Shown here piece by piece: positions 36,701 through 49,370 of a stretch of DNA of 64,000 bases (position 1 is the stretch's first letter; each line of letters opens with the position of its first letter). The DNA lies in NCBI RefSeq assembly GCF_963921235.1, contig NC_086106.1, positions 22,010,001 through 22,074,000 on the forward strand, given 5' to 3'. Both the position numbers and the translations under genes were made by a program. The stretch is from Mobula hypostoma. Taxonomy: Eukaryota. The notes beneath the pieces were generated by a model, which was given only the letters and a program-made list of their open reading frames with translations, had not been told where the DNA came from and did not search any database.

Positions 36701-37550
36701 ATGTCAAGTGAAAGATGAACTGATTCCCAAAAGGCATGAAGCTGAAGATGACAACTTTCTTTAATATTTTAAGCAGGAAGCTGTTTTTATTTATTTATTT
36801 ATTTATTTATGTATTTCTAAATAATGTGAAAAATAACAAAAAAGTAAAAGGGCCCCGAGGAAAAAGTTGGGCAACCTGCATGACAGTACTTAGTAACACC
36901 TCCTTTGGCAAGTATCACAGCTTGTGAACGCTTTTTGTAGCCAGATAAGAGTGTATCAATTCCTGTTTGGGGGTTTCTGCCCATTCTTCCTTGCAAAAGG
37001 CTTCCAGTTCTGTGAGATTTTTGGGCTGTCTTGCATGCACTGCTCTTTTGAGATCTATCCACGGATTTCCGATCATGTTCAGGTCAGGGGAATGTGAGGG
37101 CCATTGCAAAACCTTCAACTTACGCCTCTTGAGATAGTCCATTGTGGATTTTCAGGTGTGGTTAGGTTTACTATCCTCTTGTAGAAGCCATCCTATTTTT
37201 ATCTTCGGCTTTTGTTTTATACTCAGTGTGATGTTTGCTTACAGAATTTGTTGGTATTTAATTGAATTCATTCTTCCCTCTACCAGTAATTGTTCGCCGT
37301 GCCACTGGTTGCAACGCAAGCCCAAAGAATGATCGATCCATCCCCATGCATAACAGCTGAAGAGGGGTTATTTTCATGAAATTCTGCACCTTTTTTCGCC
37401 AAACATATCTTTGCTCATTGCGGCCAAAAAGCTATATTTTAACTTCATATGTCCACAGAATGTGTTTCCAACATACATCAAGATTGTTTAGATTTCCCTT
37501 TGAACCTTTTGAATCAAACTTCTTGGCAGCAATTTTGAAAATTGTGTTTG
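30777..37550 (-). mobile_element. Tc1-like DNA transposon remnant, split by a Penelope insertion (30853-36704)
   Basis: TA then the ITR-like caatggcatgcaaaggtttgggcacc at 30777. Transposase C-terminus GWLLQEDSKPNHT*KSTMDYLKRRKLKVLQWPSHSPDLN at about 37200-37060. The Tc1 sequence is continuous across the insertion through duplicated caagtgaaagatgaa. Confidence 0.85.
30853..36704 (+). mobile_element. Penelope-like element (Neptune-type; RT plus GIY-YIG) with inverted 5' arm and tandem pseudo-LTR
   Basis: Main plus copy 33181-36704. ORF pieces: 33371-34153, then EAERSVPSKGLTFVP, then 34948-36315 (MDVQSLYTSIP...RYMDD...TYPCKRNKCYTCPY...GVIYCVRCSRCGLLYIGET). Direct repeat 32451-33185 resembles 35970-36704. 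Inverted copy 30853-32442. 15-bp direct repeats at 30838-30852 and 36705-36719. Confidence 0.95.
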
Positions 37551-37599
37551 TTTTTTTTTCAATCTACTTTATCCTTTGTGTACTAGAATCATGAAAACA

Positions 37600-40500
37600 C
37601 AGACAGTTAGGAAACCTACAGCACAATACAAGCCCTTCATCCCACAAAGCCTTGCGGAACATGTCCTTACCTTAGAACTACCTAGACTTACACATAGCCC
37701 TGTATTTTTCTCGGCTCCATGGATCTATCCAGGAGTCTCTTGAAAGACGTTATTGTTTGCGCCTCGGCCAACGCCGCCGGCAACCCATTCCACGGAATCA
37801 CCACTCTCTGCGGAAAAAAAAAAAAATCGTATCCGTGATATCTGCTCCGTTCCTACTTCCAAGCTCCGTAATCGTTTGCTCTCTAATTTTACCGATTTTA
37901 GCCCTGGGTAAAAGCTTCTGACGATCCATGCGATTAATGCATCTCGTCCTCCACACCCCTATCGGGTTACCTGTCATTCTCCGTCGCTCCGAGGAGAAAA
38001 AGAGCGTATTTTCTCAACGTATTCTCACAAGGTATGCACCCCAAACCAGGTAACATACTTGTAACTCTCCACTGCACCTTTTCTGTAGTTTTCACATCCT
38101 TCCTGGGCTGAGAAGTAACTGATCTGAGCCCAGTACGCGCAGTGGAGTCTGACCGATGCCCTATAGAGCTGAAACATTACCTCTCGGCTGTTAAATTCAA
38201 TCCTATCGTTGTTGAAGGCCAATGCATCGTATGCCTTCTTAACCACAGAGTCAACATAAGCAGCAGCTTTGAGTGTCCAATGTACTGTTGCCCCAAGATT
38301 CCACTGATCTTCCACACTGCCAAGAGCCTTACCATTAATGCTGTACTCTGCCATCAGGTTTGACCAACCAAAATTAACCAGCTCAAACTTCTCCTGGTTA
38401 AGCTCTATCTGCCACTTCTCAGCCTAGTTTTGCATCCTATCAAGGTCCCGCAGTAAATTCTGACAGCCCTCCGCATTCTCCACAACACCCCCAACATTTC
38501 TGTCATTAACAAATTTACTAATCCATCCCTCCACTTTCTTATTCAGGTCACTTACAAAAATCACGAGAAGCAGTGGTTCCAGAATAGATACTTGAGGCAC
38601 ATCACTGGTCACCGAGCTCTATGCAGAATATGACCTACCTGCAACCACTCATAGCCTTCTGTGGCTAGCCAGTTCTGTATCGACAAAGCAATGTTCCCTT
38701 GGATCCCATGCCTCCTTATTTTCTCACTAAGCTTTGCATAGGCTACCTTATCAAATGGCTTTCTGAAATCCATATACACTACATCTACGGCTCTACCTTC
38801 ATCAATTCTTTTAGTCACATCCACACAAATGTCAATATAGCTCGTAAGGCACGACCTCCCTTTGATAAAGTCATGTTGTCTATTTCTAATCATATTATGC
38901 CTCTCTAAATGTTAATTAATCTTGCACCTCACGATATTATCCATCAACTTAACAGCACTGAAGTAAAACTCACTAGCTCTATAATTTCCTGGGCTATCTC
39001 GACTCTCTTTCTTGAATAAGGAAACAACATGCTGAACCCCCCAATGCTCCGGAACCTCTTCCGTCCTTATTGATGATGCAAAGATCATCGCCAGAGTCTC
39101 AGCAATCCCCTACCTCGTTTCTCATAGTACGCTTGGTTACATCCTGTCTGGTCGCAGTGAAATCCAACCTGATGCGTTCCAAAAGCTCTAGCTCATGCTC
39201 TTCCTTAATATCTACATGCTCAAGCTATTCGGTCTGCTGCAAGTCATCCCTACAATCGCCAAGATCTTTTTTTTTTTCCATATTGAAAATTGAAAGAAAT
39301 TATCCATTCAGTACCTCTGCTATCTCCTCCCGTTCAATACGCACTTTTCCATTGTCACTCTAATTGTTCCTATTCTCTCAAATTTTATCCTCTTGCTCTT
39401 GAGACCCTTGTGGAATGCATTGGGGTTTTCTTTAATCCAGTCCACAAATAGCTGCTCATGACACCTTCTGGTTCTCCTAATTGCATTCCAAAGCTCCTTC
39501 CTGCTCGCCCTCTAATCTTTTAGATCTCTATTATTACCCATTTTTAACCTTTCCTCGCCTCTTCTTTTCTTCTGGACTAGATTTACAACAGCCTCTTTGC
39601 ACCACAATTCCTGTATCCTACCATCCTATTCCTACTTTCTTGGACGTACCTATGCCGAAGCCCATGTAAATATCCCCAGAATATCTGACATATTGTTTCC
39701 TGACGTTTCGCTGAGAACATCTGTTTCCAATTTAGGCTTCTAAGTCCCTGCCCGATAACCTCATATTTCCCCTTACTGCGTATAAACATGTCCGTAACTT
39801 CTCTGTTCCTATCGCTCTCCAATGTTATGTTAAAGGACATAGAATTGTGATCACAATCTCCAAAATGCTCTCCCACTAAGTGACTTGACACATAGAAGGT
39901 TTAACTTCCCAAAACCAGGTCAAGTACAGCCTTTCCTCTTGTAGGCTATAAATGTATTGTGTAAACAAAAAAAAACTTCCTGATTACAGCTAGCAAACTC
40001 CACCCCATCTAAACACCTCACTCGATGATGATGCCAATTATTATTTGGGAAATTCATGTCTCCAACCAGAACAATCCTGTTAACATTGCACCTTTGCAGA
40101 ATCTGTCTCCCTTTCTGCTCCTCGATGTCACTGTTACTATTGGATGGTCTATAAAAAATACACTCAGTACAGTTATTGATCCCTTCCTGTTCCTAACTGT
40201 CTCCCACAGAGACTCCCTACACAGCCCTTCCATGATTTCCTCCCTTTCTGAAGCCATGATACTATCCCTGATCAACAGTGCTACGCCCCCAACTGTTTTG
40301 CCTCCTTCCCTGTCCTTTCTAAAACATCTAAAGCCTGGTAGTTGAATTAGTCATTCCTGTCCTTGAACCATCCAAGTCTCTGTAATGGCCACAGCATCAT
40401 AGCTCCAAGTGCGGACTCACGCGCTGAGCTCATCTGCTTTGTTCATAATTGTCCTTGAATTAAAACAGACACATTTCAAACTATCGGTCTCGGCGTGTCC

Positions 40501-41900
40501 CTTCCAAATCACCCGCCTTTTCGCAATGTCTTCAAGCTTTTTCTATTTGTGAGCCAAAGCACCTTTCTTCCGTCACTTCAGTTTCGTTCTCACCCCTCCT
40601 CCCCCAGTAATTGTAGTTTGAACTCTCTCCAATAGCCTTAGCAAACCTCCCCGCCAGGGTATTGGTCCCCTGGGATTCAGTGGCGACCCGTCCTTTTTTG
40701 TACAGGTCACATCTGCACCAAAATAAATCCCAATGATCCAGAAATCTGATCCCTGCCGCCGCTCCAATCACTCAGCCACGCATTTATCCTCCACCTCCCT
40801 CTATTACTAGACTCATTGTCACATGATACAAGCAGTAATCCCGAGGTTACTACTAACTTTGAGGTCCTTCCTTCCTGTAGTCTGTTTTCAGGAGCTCCTT
40901 GCTTTTCCTACCTATGTCGTTGGTACCACAATGTACTACTACCTCTGCATGTTCTCCTTTCCACTTCAAGATATCATGGACATGATCAGATCAGCCCGGA
41001 CCCTGGCAACTTTTTTCTTTTCTTTCCTGCGTCCACGGAATTGCCTGTCTCACTATAGGGTCCCATGTCATTGCTGGCATCCTCTTCCTTTCCCGACCAT
41101 TCTGTTCTGCAGGGCCAACTCTGTGCCTCAGGCCGGACCACTGTTTCTTCCTCTAGGTAGGCCGTCCCGCCTCCCAACAGTATTCAAGCAGGAAACTTAT
41201 TGACAGGGTGTGTTCATGGTGTGCACAGTGGTGCTCTCTACCCTCTGACTTCTGTTCTTCCCTCTCCTGACTGTTAGCCACTTATTTGTCTGCTTAGGCC
41301 CCGGAGTGACTCCGTGCCTATAGCTCCGCTCTATCAAATCCTCACTTTGATTGACCGGACAAAATTCATCGAGCTGCATCTCTAGTTCCCTAGCGCGGTC
41401 ACTAAGGAAATGCAGCTGACGCCACTGGTGCCGATCAGTACGCTTGGAAGGCTGGGTGTCTCCAAGACCTCCCACGTCTGACACCGAGCGCAGAAAACCG
41501 GCCACACACATACGTCCTGTCTGAATTCTACACAGATCAGCTACATCGCGTCGACCCTTTATTGTCGAAGCCCCGTTGAGCCAAAGCCTTCCTACTCTGT
41601 CTCCCTCTACTCAGTCGTCCGCTGTTCCGACGCCCGCTGTTTAAATATGTCTCCTTTTTCAACTCTTCTTGTTGTTCTCACTGGATTACTTGAGAAACGT
41701 GAGAACCCCCAAAGTCCCCCAGCTGCCCCCTCCAGCGCGTAAGCGGCAGCAACCAACAATCTCCCTCACCCCAGAAGCGAAAACAAAAAAAAACACACGC
41801 ATCTGCACTACAACCAAGCCAAGCGTGTGCTAAGCAATACCAAAGACACTGACCAAAGTTATCACAAAGTCTTTGCATTTAATCCCAAATTCGACAACCA
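37600..41900 (-). mobile_element. Long decayed CR1 LINE (ORF1, endonuclease, RT, 3' end)
   Basis: ORF1 RARELEMQLDEF (41197-41511); esterase IRFLDHWDLFW (40532-40771); EN TVLSVF..PI (40054-40275); RT RAVDVVYMDFRKPFDKV (38609-38893) and DVPQVSILEPLLLVIFVSDL (38424-38612). Confidence 0.85.
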
Positions 41901-44900
41901 ACAGGCTGTGTCTCTCCCTGGCAAGGGAAAGAGAGGTTTCCTCCATGTTCACAGCGATGGGGAGACATAACAACTCGTTTTGAAAAGGACGCATAGTCGG
42001 TTTTCCCTAGCTCTATGTCGAAAGATCGCAAAGACTTAGGGCCTTCGGGACCACAGCGAAAATATTTTCGGCATCCACGATGGCACAGGTGTCTCCTGCC
42101 ATGAGACCGACCCTAGATCCACCCGTCTCCAGAGCCCCAAGATCTTATACCATAACACCATAAAGTTTATCTGTAAAATTAGTGCATTCGGCCCATCGAG
42201 ACTGTTCCTCAATTCAATCATGGACTGATCCACTTCACCAGTGATCCCCAGACCCCTGCTTTCACCTTACACCTTTTTATGTTCTGGTAATCAAGAGACT
42301 ATCTATCGCTGCCTCAAATACGCACGGTGTCTTGTCATCTATAGCCGCTCGTGGCAACAAATTCCACAGATTTACCACCCTCTGACTAAAGTAATTTTAG
42401 GCTTTTGAACACGATCCAGATTCTCAGGCCAAAGCCTTAGCATGTCCAATAGTGAGCAGTTCTGGAACTCAGACAGCGAGTCCCATTCCCACAAAAGAAC
42501 CGAAGCCTTCGTGTAACTCCACGTCAGGGTCTTCACAGAACCCTGAAAGGGAACAATAGAGATATTGAAGATAGAAATAGAGTTGTGATATTATATAAAT
42601 TCCCTATCAGTTTTAAATGTAGTTCCATATGCTCTTTGGATTGACGCGTCTATCACTGAAGAAAAAAAAAGAACACTGTGTTTTTACCTACCTTGTTAGA
42701 CTGAAGTATCTTCTGCATGGTGAAGAGAGACGCATTGATCCAATAGTGTTCAGTAGCAGCAAAACTTATTGTGGCGAAAAATAAAATGAGGAAAGTAAGC
42801 AAGCCGTTGTCTTTGGGGGTTGCGTAGATATGTTATTATCTCCTTTCAGCTAGTATACCAGTGGTTACTTTAATTCGATCTAGGTTAAAATCCTCGATTG
42901 TCTTTAGCACTTTGAGATCAGCATTCCCAATACCACCAATTAGCAGTAGTCCAAAACAGAGAGATTTCAACATCTACGACGACTCAACAACCAGAAATAT
43001 AAATTGTTTCACTTCGGGGTTTCCAACAGTTCGGCAAGGACATGCTCATGAAGTAGCAGGAATGTGGGGCATTATCCAAATGTCACGCATCTAATCTAGA
43101 TTAAGAGTTTATCAATCAGGTCAAATATTGTAATAAAGAGATGGAACATAGTGTAAAATGCATGCATTTTGATATGCCAAACTTCGTATTGTTGTCAAAA
43201 TATTGCACTGACTTGTTGTTACAGTAACCGTCATTACAACAAATGCTGTGGGGATTGACTCTTTCAAATGGATAGATGATGCATTGAGCTGACCAATGGA
43301 CTTTGGTCACACTTACTTTCTAACTCACTTTCTAAAGGTGAAATAAAGTGTTTCGGAAATTATCATTAAAAAAATGTTCTCGTAGGAAAGAAAGTAATCC
43401 TGGCTTAGCAGTGATCATCAATTCTGCAAGGCTTACAAAACACTTTGGGCCTTTTGAATTGTGAGTTATCTTTCAGACCTGTCTGTAGACAGTTGGTAAA
43501 ATTAGAAAACGACAGATGTAGATCAGCAATAAAATCCTTTTTTCGCCAAAAATAACATGAGAGCACAACGTGATTTGATTAATACCTTTTAACAAGTGGA
43601 TACTGCAGTGATCGCATTGATTTATTTTCACACGTGGGCAGCTCCTGTAATGAAATTACTGGAAAAAATAACGTGGCTTGGAATGGAAATCAGAGCACAC
43701 CCACGCTATTACAGCCCCGAAGCAAGCATTAAGCACTGCACCTGCTCTGAAACCCCCAACTCTGAATGAATCATTCGCATTGGATTTGGCCACAACTTAT
43801 ACCACACTGGTCAGGAGATAGATACAAAATTAAGAGCTCAGCATATGTTTCATACTTGCTCCCGCCAGTAGACCTGAGGTACACTGTATGTTAAAAAACA
43901 AACAAAAAAATAAAATCAAACTCCTTGATTGAGTCGTAGAACGTGGTTTGCCACCGACAATATTTTCCACCTGGATAAGCCAAGCTCACTGACCGTATGC
44001 ATGTTTGTCATAGCCTTACAGAACACTTACTACTGAGGAAAGCACTAAGGTTTGTTTTATCAGATGGACACTTTTCTAATAATCCAGAGTGTTGCGGTAT
44101 ATATTTGAAGAAGCAAAGGGGAAAAATATGGAGTCATAATGGTAAAACCCCACTCAAAATTGCACTGTGAAAGGAATAAGAAGGTAGTTGATTTTGCGAA
44201 ACAAGGTGCTTTTAGCGGGTGTACACGGCAGCCGCAAATTGGGAAGATAGGAAGACAGAAGAAACAATAGTTTAAGATTATGCATTTAAGAAAGGAGAAG
44301 AAGAACTGTAACGAATCCAAACAATTAGTTAACGGAGGCAGGGTAACTTTTGTTTAAAGAACACACGGCTACACAATATAAGGGTGGAGTAGTCCTGTAT
44401 GAAGTGAAGATTTTGATCCCAGGCAAACGATTAAATCAGTCGACCCACTGGTACGTGATCTTTTCGGAAACCAATAAACCAAGGCACCTGGGGAGATATA
44501 AAGGCCGTAAGTTGCTGTCTTAAGAGCAAGGGCAAAAAAAGAAGAACACCCTGTCAAGAAATGGTTGATCTGTAGATAAAATAATCCTGAGATAAATGCA
44601 TAAAAAACGATCCCTTGGAAATACCAGACTTTTGGAAGGCCTCTGAAATAATTCGCAGATACATTATGATGCACTGTTGCCACCTAGTCAAGTACGGCAA
44701 AAGCTTTTCAGCCTGAGACTAACACGGCCAAAGCAACGGGAGAATTTGATACTGTGGAGCAATGATGCCAGCATCATCAGGTAATTTTTAATTGAACTGA
44801 AGTAATGGTGCTTGAAAGTTGCTCAACTACTACATTATTAACTTACCTTCTTGGGAGACAGCTAAGCGGGAGTGACTTTAAGCCTGTCATAAATTAAAGG

Positions 44901-45477
44901 ACGTGAGAAATACCAAAATACGTGGGAACAGATTACGTATCAGTATTACCAACGGGCAATACCTTCGATGTCGTAACATTAGAAAATCAGATTCATTGTC
45001 TTCAGCTGAAAACGTTAGATAATACTCTCGGGATCAGATACAGACAAGTAAAATTGGTAAGTGTGGATCACAGCTAACGCTGGATTCACATCAATTGCTG
45101 AAGCCACTTCAGGTTACAACAAATTCGATAACTGACAGCCTTGACCTCATATCTAAAGGAACAGATAGAGCTGTGAAACAGAAACGATTTGGTTCGTTTA
45201 ACATGGTTGTTGCGACTGCTTACAATAAGATACACACCCAGTACCGAATCTAGTACCAAATGAACAAATAGGAGAATGGGTTAGATAAAGGATTATCTTG
45301 TGTCATTTCAGAAGCCCTACGCAAGCCAATAGAGTGCTGATGACTTGTCAAGTCAAGTCAATTCATGTTTATGGTCATTTCCGCCATAACTGGTGGTATA
45401 GTGCACAGTAAAAACGAGAAAACATTTTTTTTTTCCCGAGCATGGTGCTGCATGAAACAATACAAAAACTACACACA

Positions 45478-45808
45478 GCAACACACATCAAAGTTGCTGG
45501 TGAACGCAGCAGGCCAGGCAGCATCTCTAGGAAGAGTTACAATCGACGCTTCGGGCCGAGACTCTTCGTTAGGACTAACTGAAGGAAGAGCTAGTAAGAG
45601 ATTTGAACGTGGGAGGTGGAGGGAGAGATCCAAAATAATAGGAGAAGACCGGAGGGAGAGGGATGGAGCCAAGAGCTGGACAGGTGATTGGCAAAAGGGA
45701 TATGAGAGGATCATGGGACAGGAGGCCCAGGGAGAAGGAAAAGGGGGAGGGGGGAGAAACTCAGAGGATGGGCAACGGATATAGTCAGAGGGACAGAGGG
45801 AGAAAAAT

Positions 45809-45857
<49 letters not shown>

Positions 45858-45990
45858 TGTGTGTATATAAATAAATAACGGATGGGTACGAGGGGGAGGT
45901 GGGCATTAGCGGAAGTTAAAGAAGTCAGTGTTCATGCCATCAGGTTGGAGGCTACCCAGACGGAATATAAGGTGTTGTTCCTTCAACCTG
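45478..45990 (-). mobile_element. Penelope 3' fragment (same family as 30853-36704) containing a (GA)n expansion at 45812-45853
   Basis: catcaaagttgctggtgaacgcagcaggcc...gttcatgccatcaggttggaggctacccagacggaatataaggtgttgttcc matches 30895-31360. Confidence 0.85.
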
Positions 45991-46009
45991 AGTTAAGAAA
46001 GCTTTTAAT

Positions 46010-46543
46010 TGGTGTAAGAGGAAATATGAGGTCATCGGGCAGGAACTTGGAAATATAAAGTGGGAAATGATGTTCGGAGGGAAATGTGCGGCTGAAATGT
46101 GGGAAATGTTCAGGTGATATTTGTGTGTCTTTCTGCATAGGAATGTTCCAATGAGAGAGGAAAGGAAGGTCGCGCACTGGAACCGTCGAGTGCAAAGACT
46201 GTTTGAAATCTCGTCAAGAAGAAAAGAAGAGATCAGGACATGTTAAAAAAGCTAGATAATGAGAGAGATCGAGAGGATTATAAAGCTGGTAGGAAAGAGG
46301 TTAAAAATGAAATTGGGAGAGCAGAAGGGGCCATGAGAAATCTATGGCGGCAGGATGAATGAAAATCGCAAGACGTTCTACAAGTATGTGATGAACAGGA
46401 GGATAAGACCTGAGAGAATAGGGCCAATCGAGTGTCACAATGGAAAAGTGTGTATGGAACCGGTGGAGATAGCAGAGATACTTAATGCTTACTTTGTTTC
46501 AGTATTCACTACCGAAAATGATTTTGACGATTTCAGGCATGAC
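46010..46543 (+). mobile_element. CR1 ORF2 fragment
   Basis: MNENRKTFYKYVMNRRIRPERIGPIECHNGKVCMEPVEIAEILNAYFVSVFT. Confidence 0.75.
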
Positions 46544-49290
46544 CATAGAAACTACAGCACAGAAACAGGCCTTTTGGCCCTTCTTGGCTGTACCGAACCA
46601 TTTTCTGCCTAGTTCTACTGACCTACACACGGACCATATCTCTCCATACATCTCTCATCCAGGTATCTGTCCAATTTATTCTTAAATTTTAAAAAAGAAA
46701 CCGCATTTAACACCTCGTCTGGCAGCTCATTCCATAATCCCACCGCTCTTTGTGTGAGGAAGCCCCCCCGCCCCGCCTAATGTTCCCTTTAACTTTTCCC
46801 CCCTCAACCTAAACCCATGTCCTCTGTTTTTTTTTCTCCCCTTGCCTCAGTGAAAAAAGCCTGCTTGCATTCATTCTATCTATACCCATCATAATTTTAT
46901 ATACCTCTATCAAATCTCCTCTCATTCTTCCACGCTCCAGGGAATAAAGTCCTAACCTATTCAACCTTTCTCTGTAACTGAGTTTCTCAAGTCCCGGCAA
47001 CATCCTTGTAAACCTTCTCTGCACTCTTTCAACCTTATTTATATCCTTCCTGTAATTTGGTGACCAAAACTGAACACAATACTCCATATTCGGCCTGAAC
47101 AATGCCTTATACAAACACATCAAATCATTCCAGCTCCGATACTCAATACTTTGATTAATAAAGGCCAATGTTCCAAAAGCTCCCTTTACGACCCTATCCA
47201 CCTGTGACGCCACTTTTAGGGAATTTCGTATCTGTATTCCCAGATCCCTCTGTTCCACTGCGCTCCTCAGCGCCTTAACATTAACCCTGTATGATCTACG
47301 GTGGTTTGTCCTTCCAACGTACAATACCTCGCTCTTGTCAGTATTAAAATCCATCTGACATTTTCAGCCCATTTTTACAGATGGTCCAAGTCCCTCTGCA
47401 GGCTCTGAAAACATTCCTCACTGTCTACTACACCTGCAACCTTTGTATCATCAGCAAACTTCCTGATCCAATTTACCACATTATCATCCAGATCATTGAC
47501 ATAGATGACAAATAACAATGGACCCAGCACTGATCCCTGTGGCACAGCACTAGTCACAGGCCTCCACTCAGAGAAGCAATTCTCTACCACCACTCTCTGG
47601 CTTCTTCCATCGAGCCAACGTCTAATCCAATTTTCCACCTCTGCATATATGCCTAGCGACTGAATTTTCCTAACTAATCTCCCATGCGGACCTTGTCAAA
47701 GGCTTTACTGAAGTCCATGTAGATAATATCCACTGCCTTCCCTTCATCCACTTTCCTGGTAACCTCCTCGAAAAACTGCAATAGATTGGGGAAACATGAC
47801 CTACCATGCACAAAGCCATGTTGACTCTCCCTAATAAGCCCCTGTCTATCCAAATGCTTGTAGATTCTGTGTCTCAGTACTCCCTCCAATAATTTACCTA
47901 GTCCCGCCGTTAAACTTACTGGCCTATAATTTCCCGGATTACTTTTCGATCCGGTTTTAAACAACCGAGCAACATGAGTCATTCTCCAATCCTCCGGCAC
48001 CTCACCTGTAGACAGCGACATTTTAAATATATCAGCCAGGGCCCCTGCAATTTCAGCACTGGTCTCCTTCAACGTCCCAGGGAACATCCTCTCAGGTCCC
48101 GGGGATTTATCCACTTTAATTTTCCTCAAGATAGCAAGTACCTCCTCCTCTTCGATCTGTACAGTTTACATGATGTCACTACTTGTTTCCCTTAAATACA
48201 TAGACTTCATGCCAATTTCCTTAGTAAATACAGACGCAAAAAAAAAAGAAGAAAAAAAAAACTATTTAAGATCTCCCCCATTTCCTTGGGTTCCGCACAT
48301 TGCCGAAAATTATGATCTTCAAGAGGACCAATTGTATCCCTTAAATTCCTTTTGCTCGTAATATACCTGTAAATGCTCTTTGGATTATCCTTCTCTTTTA
48401 CTGCCAAGGCAACCTCATGTCTTCTTTTAGCACTCCTGTTTTCTTCCTTAAGTGTTTTCTTGCACTTCTTATACTCCTCAAGCACCTTATTTACTTCCTG
48501 CTTCCTATACACGTCATACAACTCCCTCTTCTTCTTTATCAGAGTTGCAATATCCCTTGAGAACCAAGGTTCCTTATTGCTATTCACCTTGCCTTTAATC
48601 CTGACAGGAACATACAAATTCTGCACGCTCAAAAATTCTGCTTTGAAGGCTTCCCACCAACCGATCACATCCATGCCAGAGAACAACCTGTCCCAATCCA
48701 CACTTTTTGGATCCTTTCTCATTTCTTCAAATTTGATCTTCTTCCAGTTAAGAACCTCAACCCTAGGACCAGAGCTATCCTTGTCCATGATCAAGTTGAA
48801 ACTAATGGTGTTATCATCACTGGAACCAAAGTGCTCCCCTAGACAGACTTCTGTCACTTGTCCTAATTCGTTTTCGAACAGTAAATACAATATTGCATCC
48901 CCTCTAGGTGGTCCCTCCAGATATTGATTTAGAAAACTTTCCTGAACACATTTTACAAACTCTAAACCACCTAAACCCCTAACCGTATGGGAGACCCAAT
49001 CAATATAAGGAAAATTAAAATGCCCTACCACCATAACGTTATGTTTCCTGCAGTTGCCTGCTGTCTCTCTGCAGATTTGCACTTACAATTCTCGTTGACT
49101 ATTGGGTGGTCTGTAATACAATCCCACTAAACCTTTCCTGTTTCTCAGCTTCACCTACAAGGACTCCGTAGACAAGCCCTCTAATGTGTCCTGTCTGAGC
49201 ACTGCTGTAATATTTTCCCTAACAAGCAATGCCACTCCCCCACCTTTCATTCCTCTGCCTCGATCACATTTGAAACATCGGAACCCACGA
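46544..49290 (-). mobile_element. Relatively young CR1 LINE, 5'-truncated (endonuclease to 3' end)
   Basis: ORFs 48207-49082 (VVGHFNFPYIDW...), 47674-48129 (KVDKSPGP...YMDFSKAFDKV), 47375-47638 ([19 protein letters not shown]...FADDTK) and 46809-47354. Closely related to 59231-61790. Confidence 0.92.
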
Positions 49291-49312
49291 CAATCTTGCG
49301 TTCAATATCATT

Positions 49313-49370
49313 AAGACCTAATGGCCTACTCCTGCACCTATTTTCTATGTTTCTATGTTTCTATGTTTCT
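49313..49370 (+). repeat. HE1 SINE / HER1 (CR1) type 3' tail with (ctatgttt)n
   Basis: atggcctactcctgcacctattttctatgtttctatgtttctatgtttct. The same tail ends the CR1 at 57635-57668. Confidence 0.7.

Noticed and set aside
30740-36764. Many Pro/Ser-rich or Gly/Arg-rich ORFs of 60-160 aa
   Set aside because: They are alternate-frame and antisense readings of the Penelope copies.
42674-42800. CACTGTG plus a J-like IVFSSS-KLIV stretch and gtaagc
   Set aside because: No FGxG motif, no nonamer, and the heptamer is too far from the putative J.
42836-43015. Minus-strand MLKSLCFGLLLIGGIGNADLKVLKTIEDFNLDRIK with upstream ISRE-like and TATA-like motifs, resembling a secreted-protein first exon
   Set aside because: LLLIGG...TIEDFNLDRI..TTGIL fits a decayed LINE endonuclease (IIxGDFN...IDDFNLxQxV..PT...IL) at least as well, and no downstream exons were found.
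43640-43760. APVMKLL after an AG, resembling the start of an Ig C exon
   Set aside because: The rest of the frame lacks the TLxC and W landmarks.
44162-44168. Isolated CACTGTG
   Set aside because: No correctly spaced nonamer and no adjacent coding segment.
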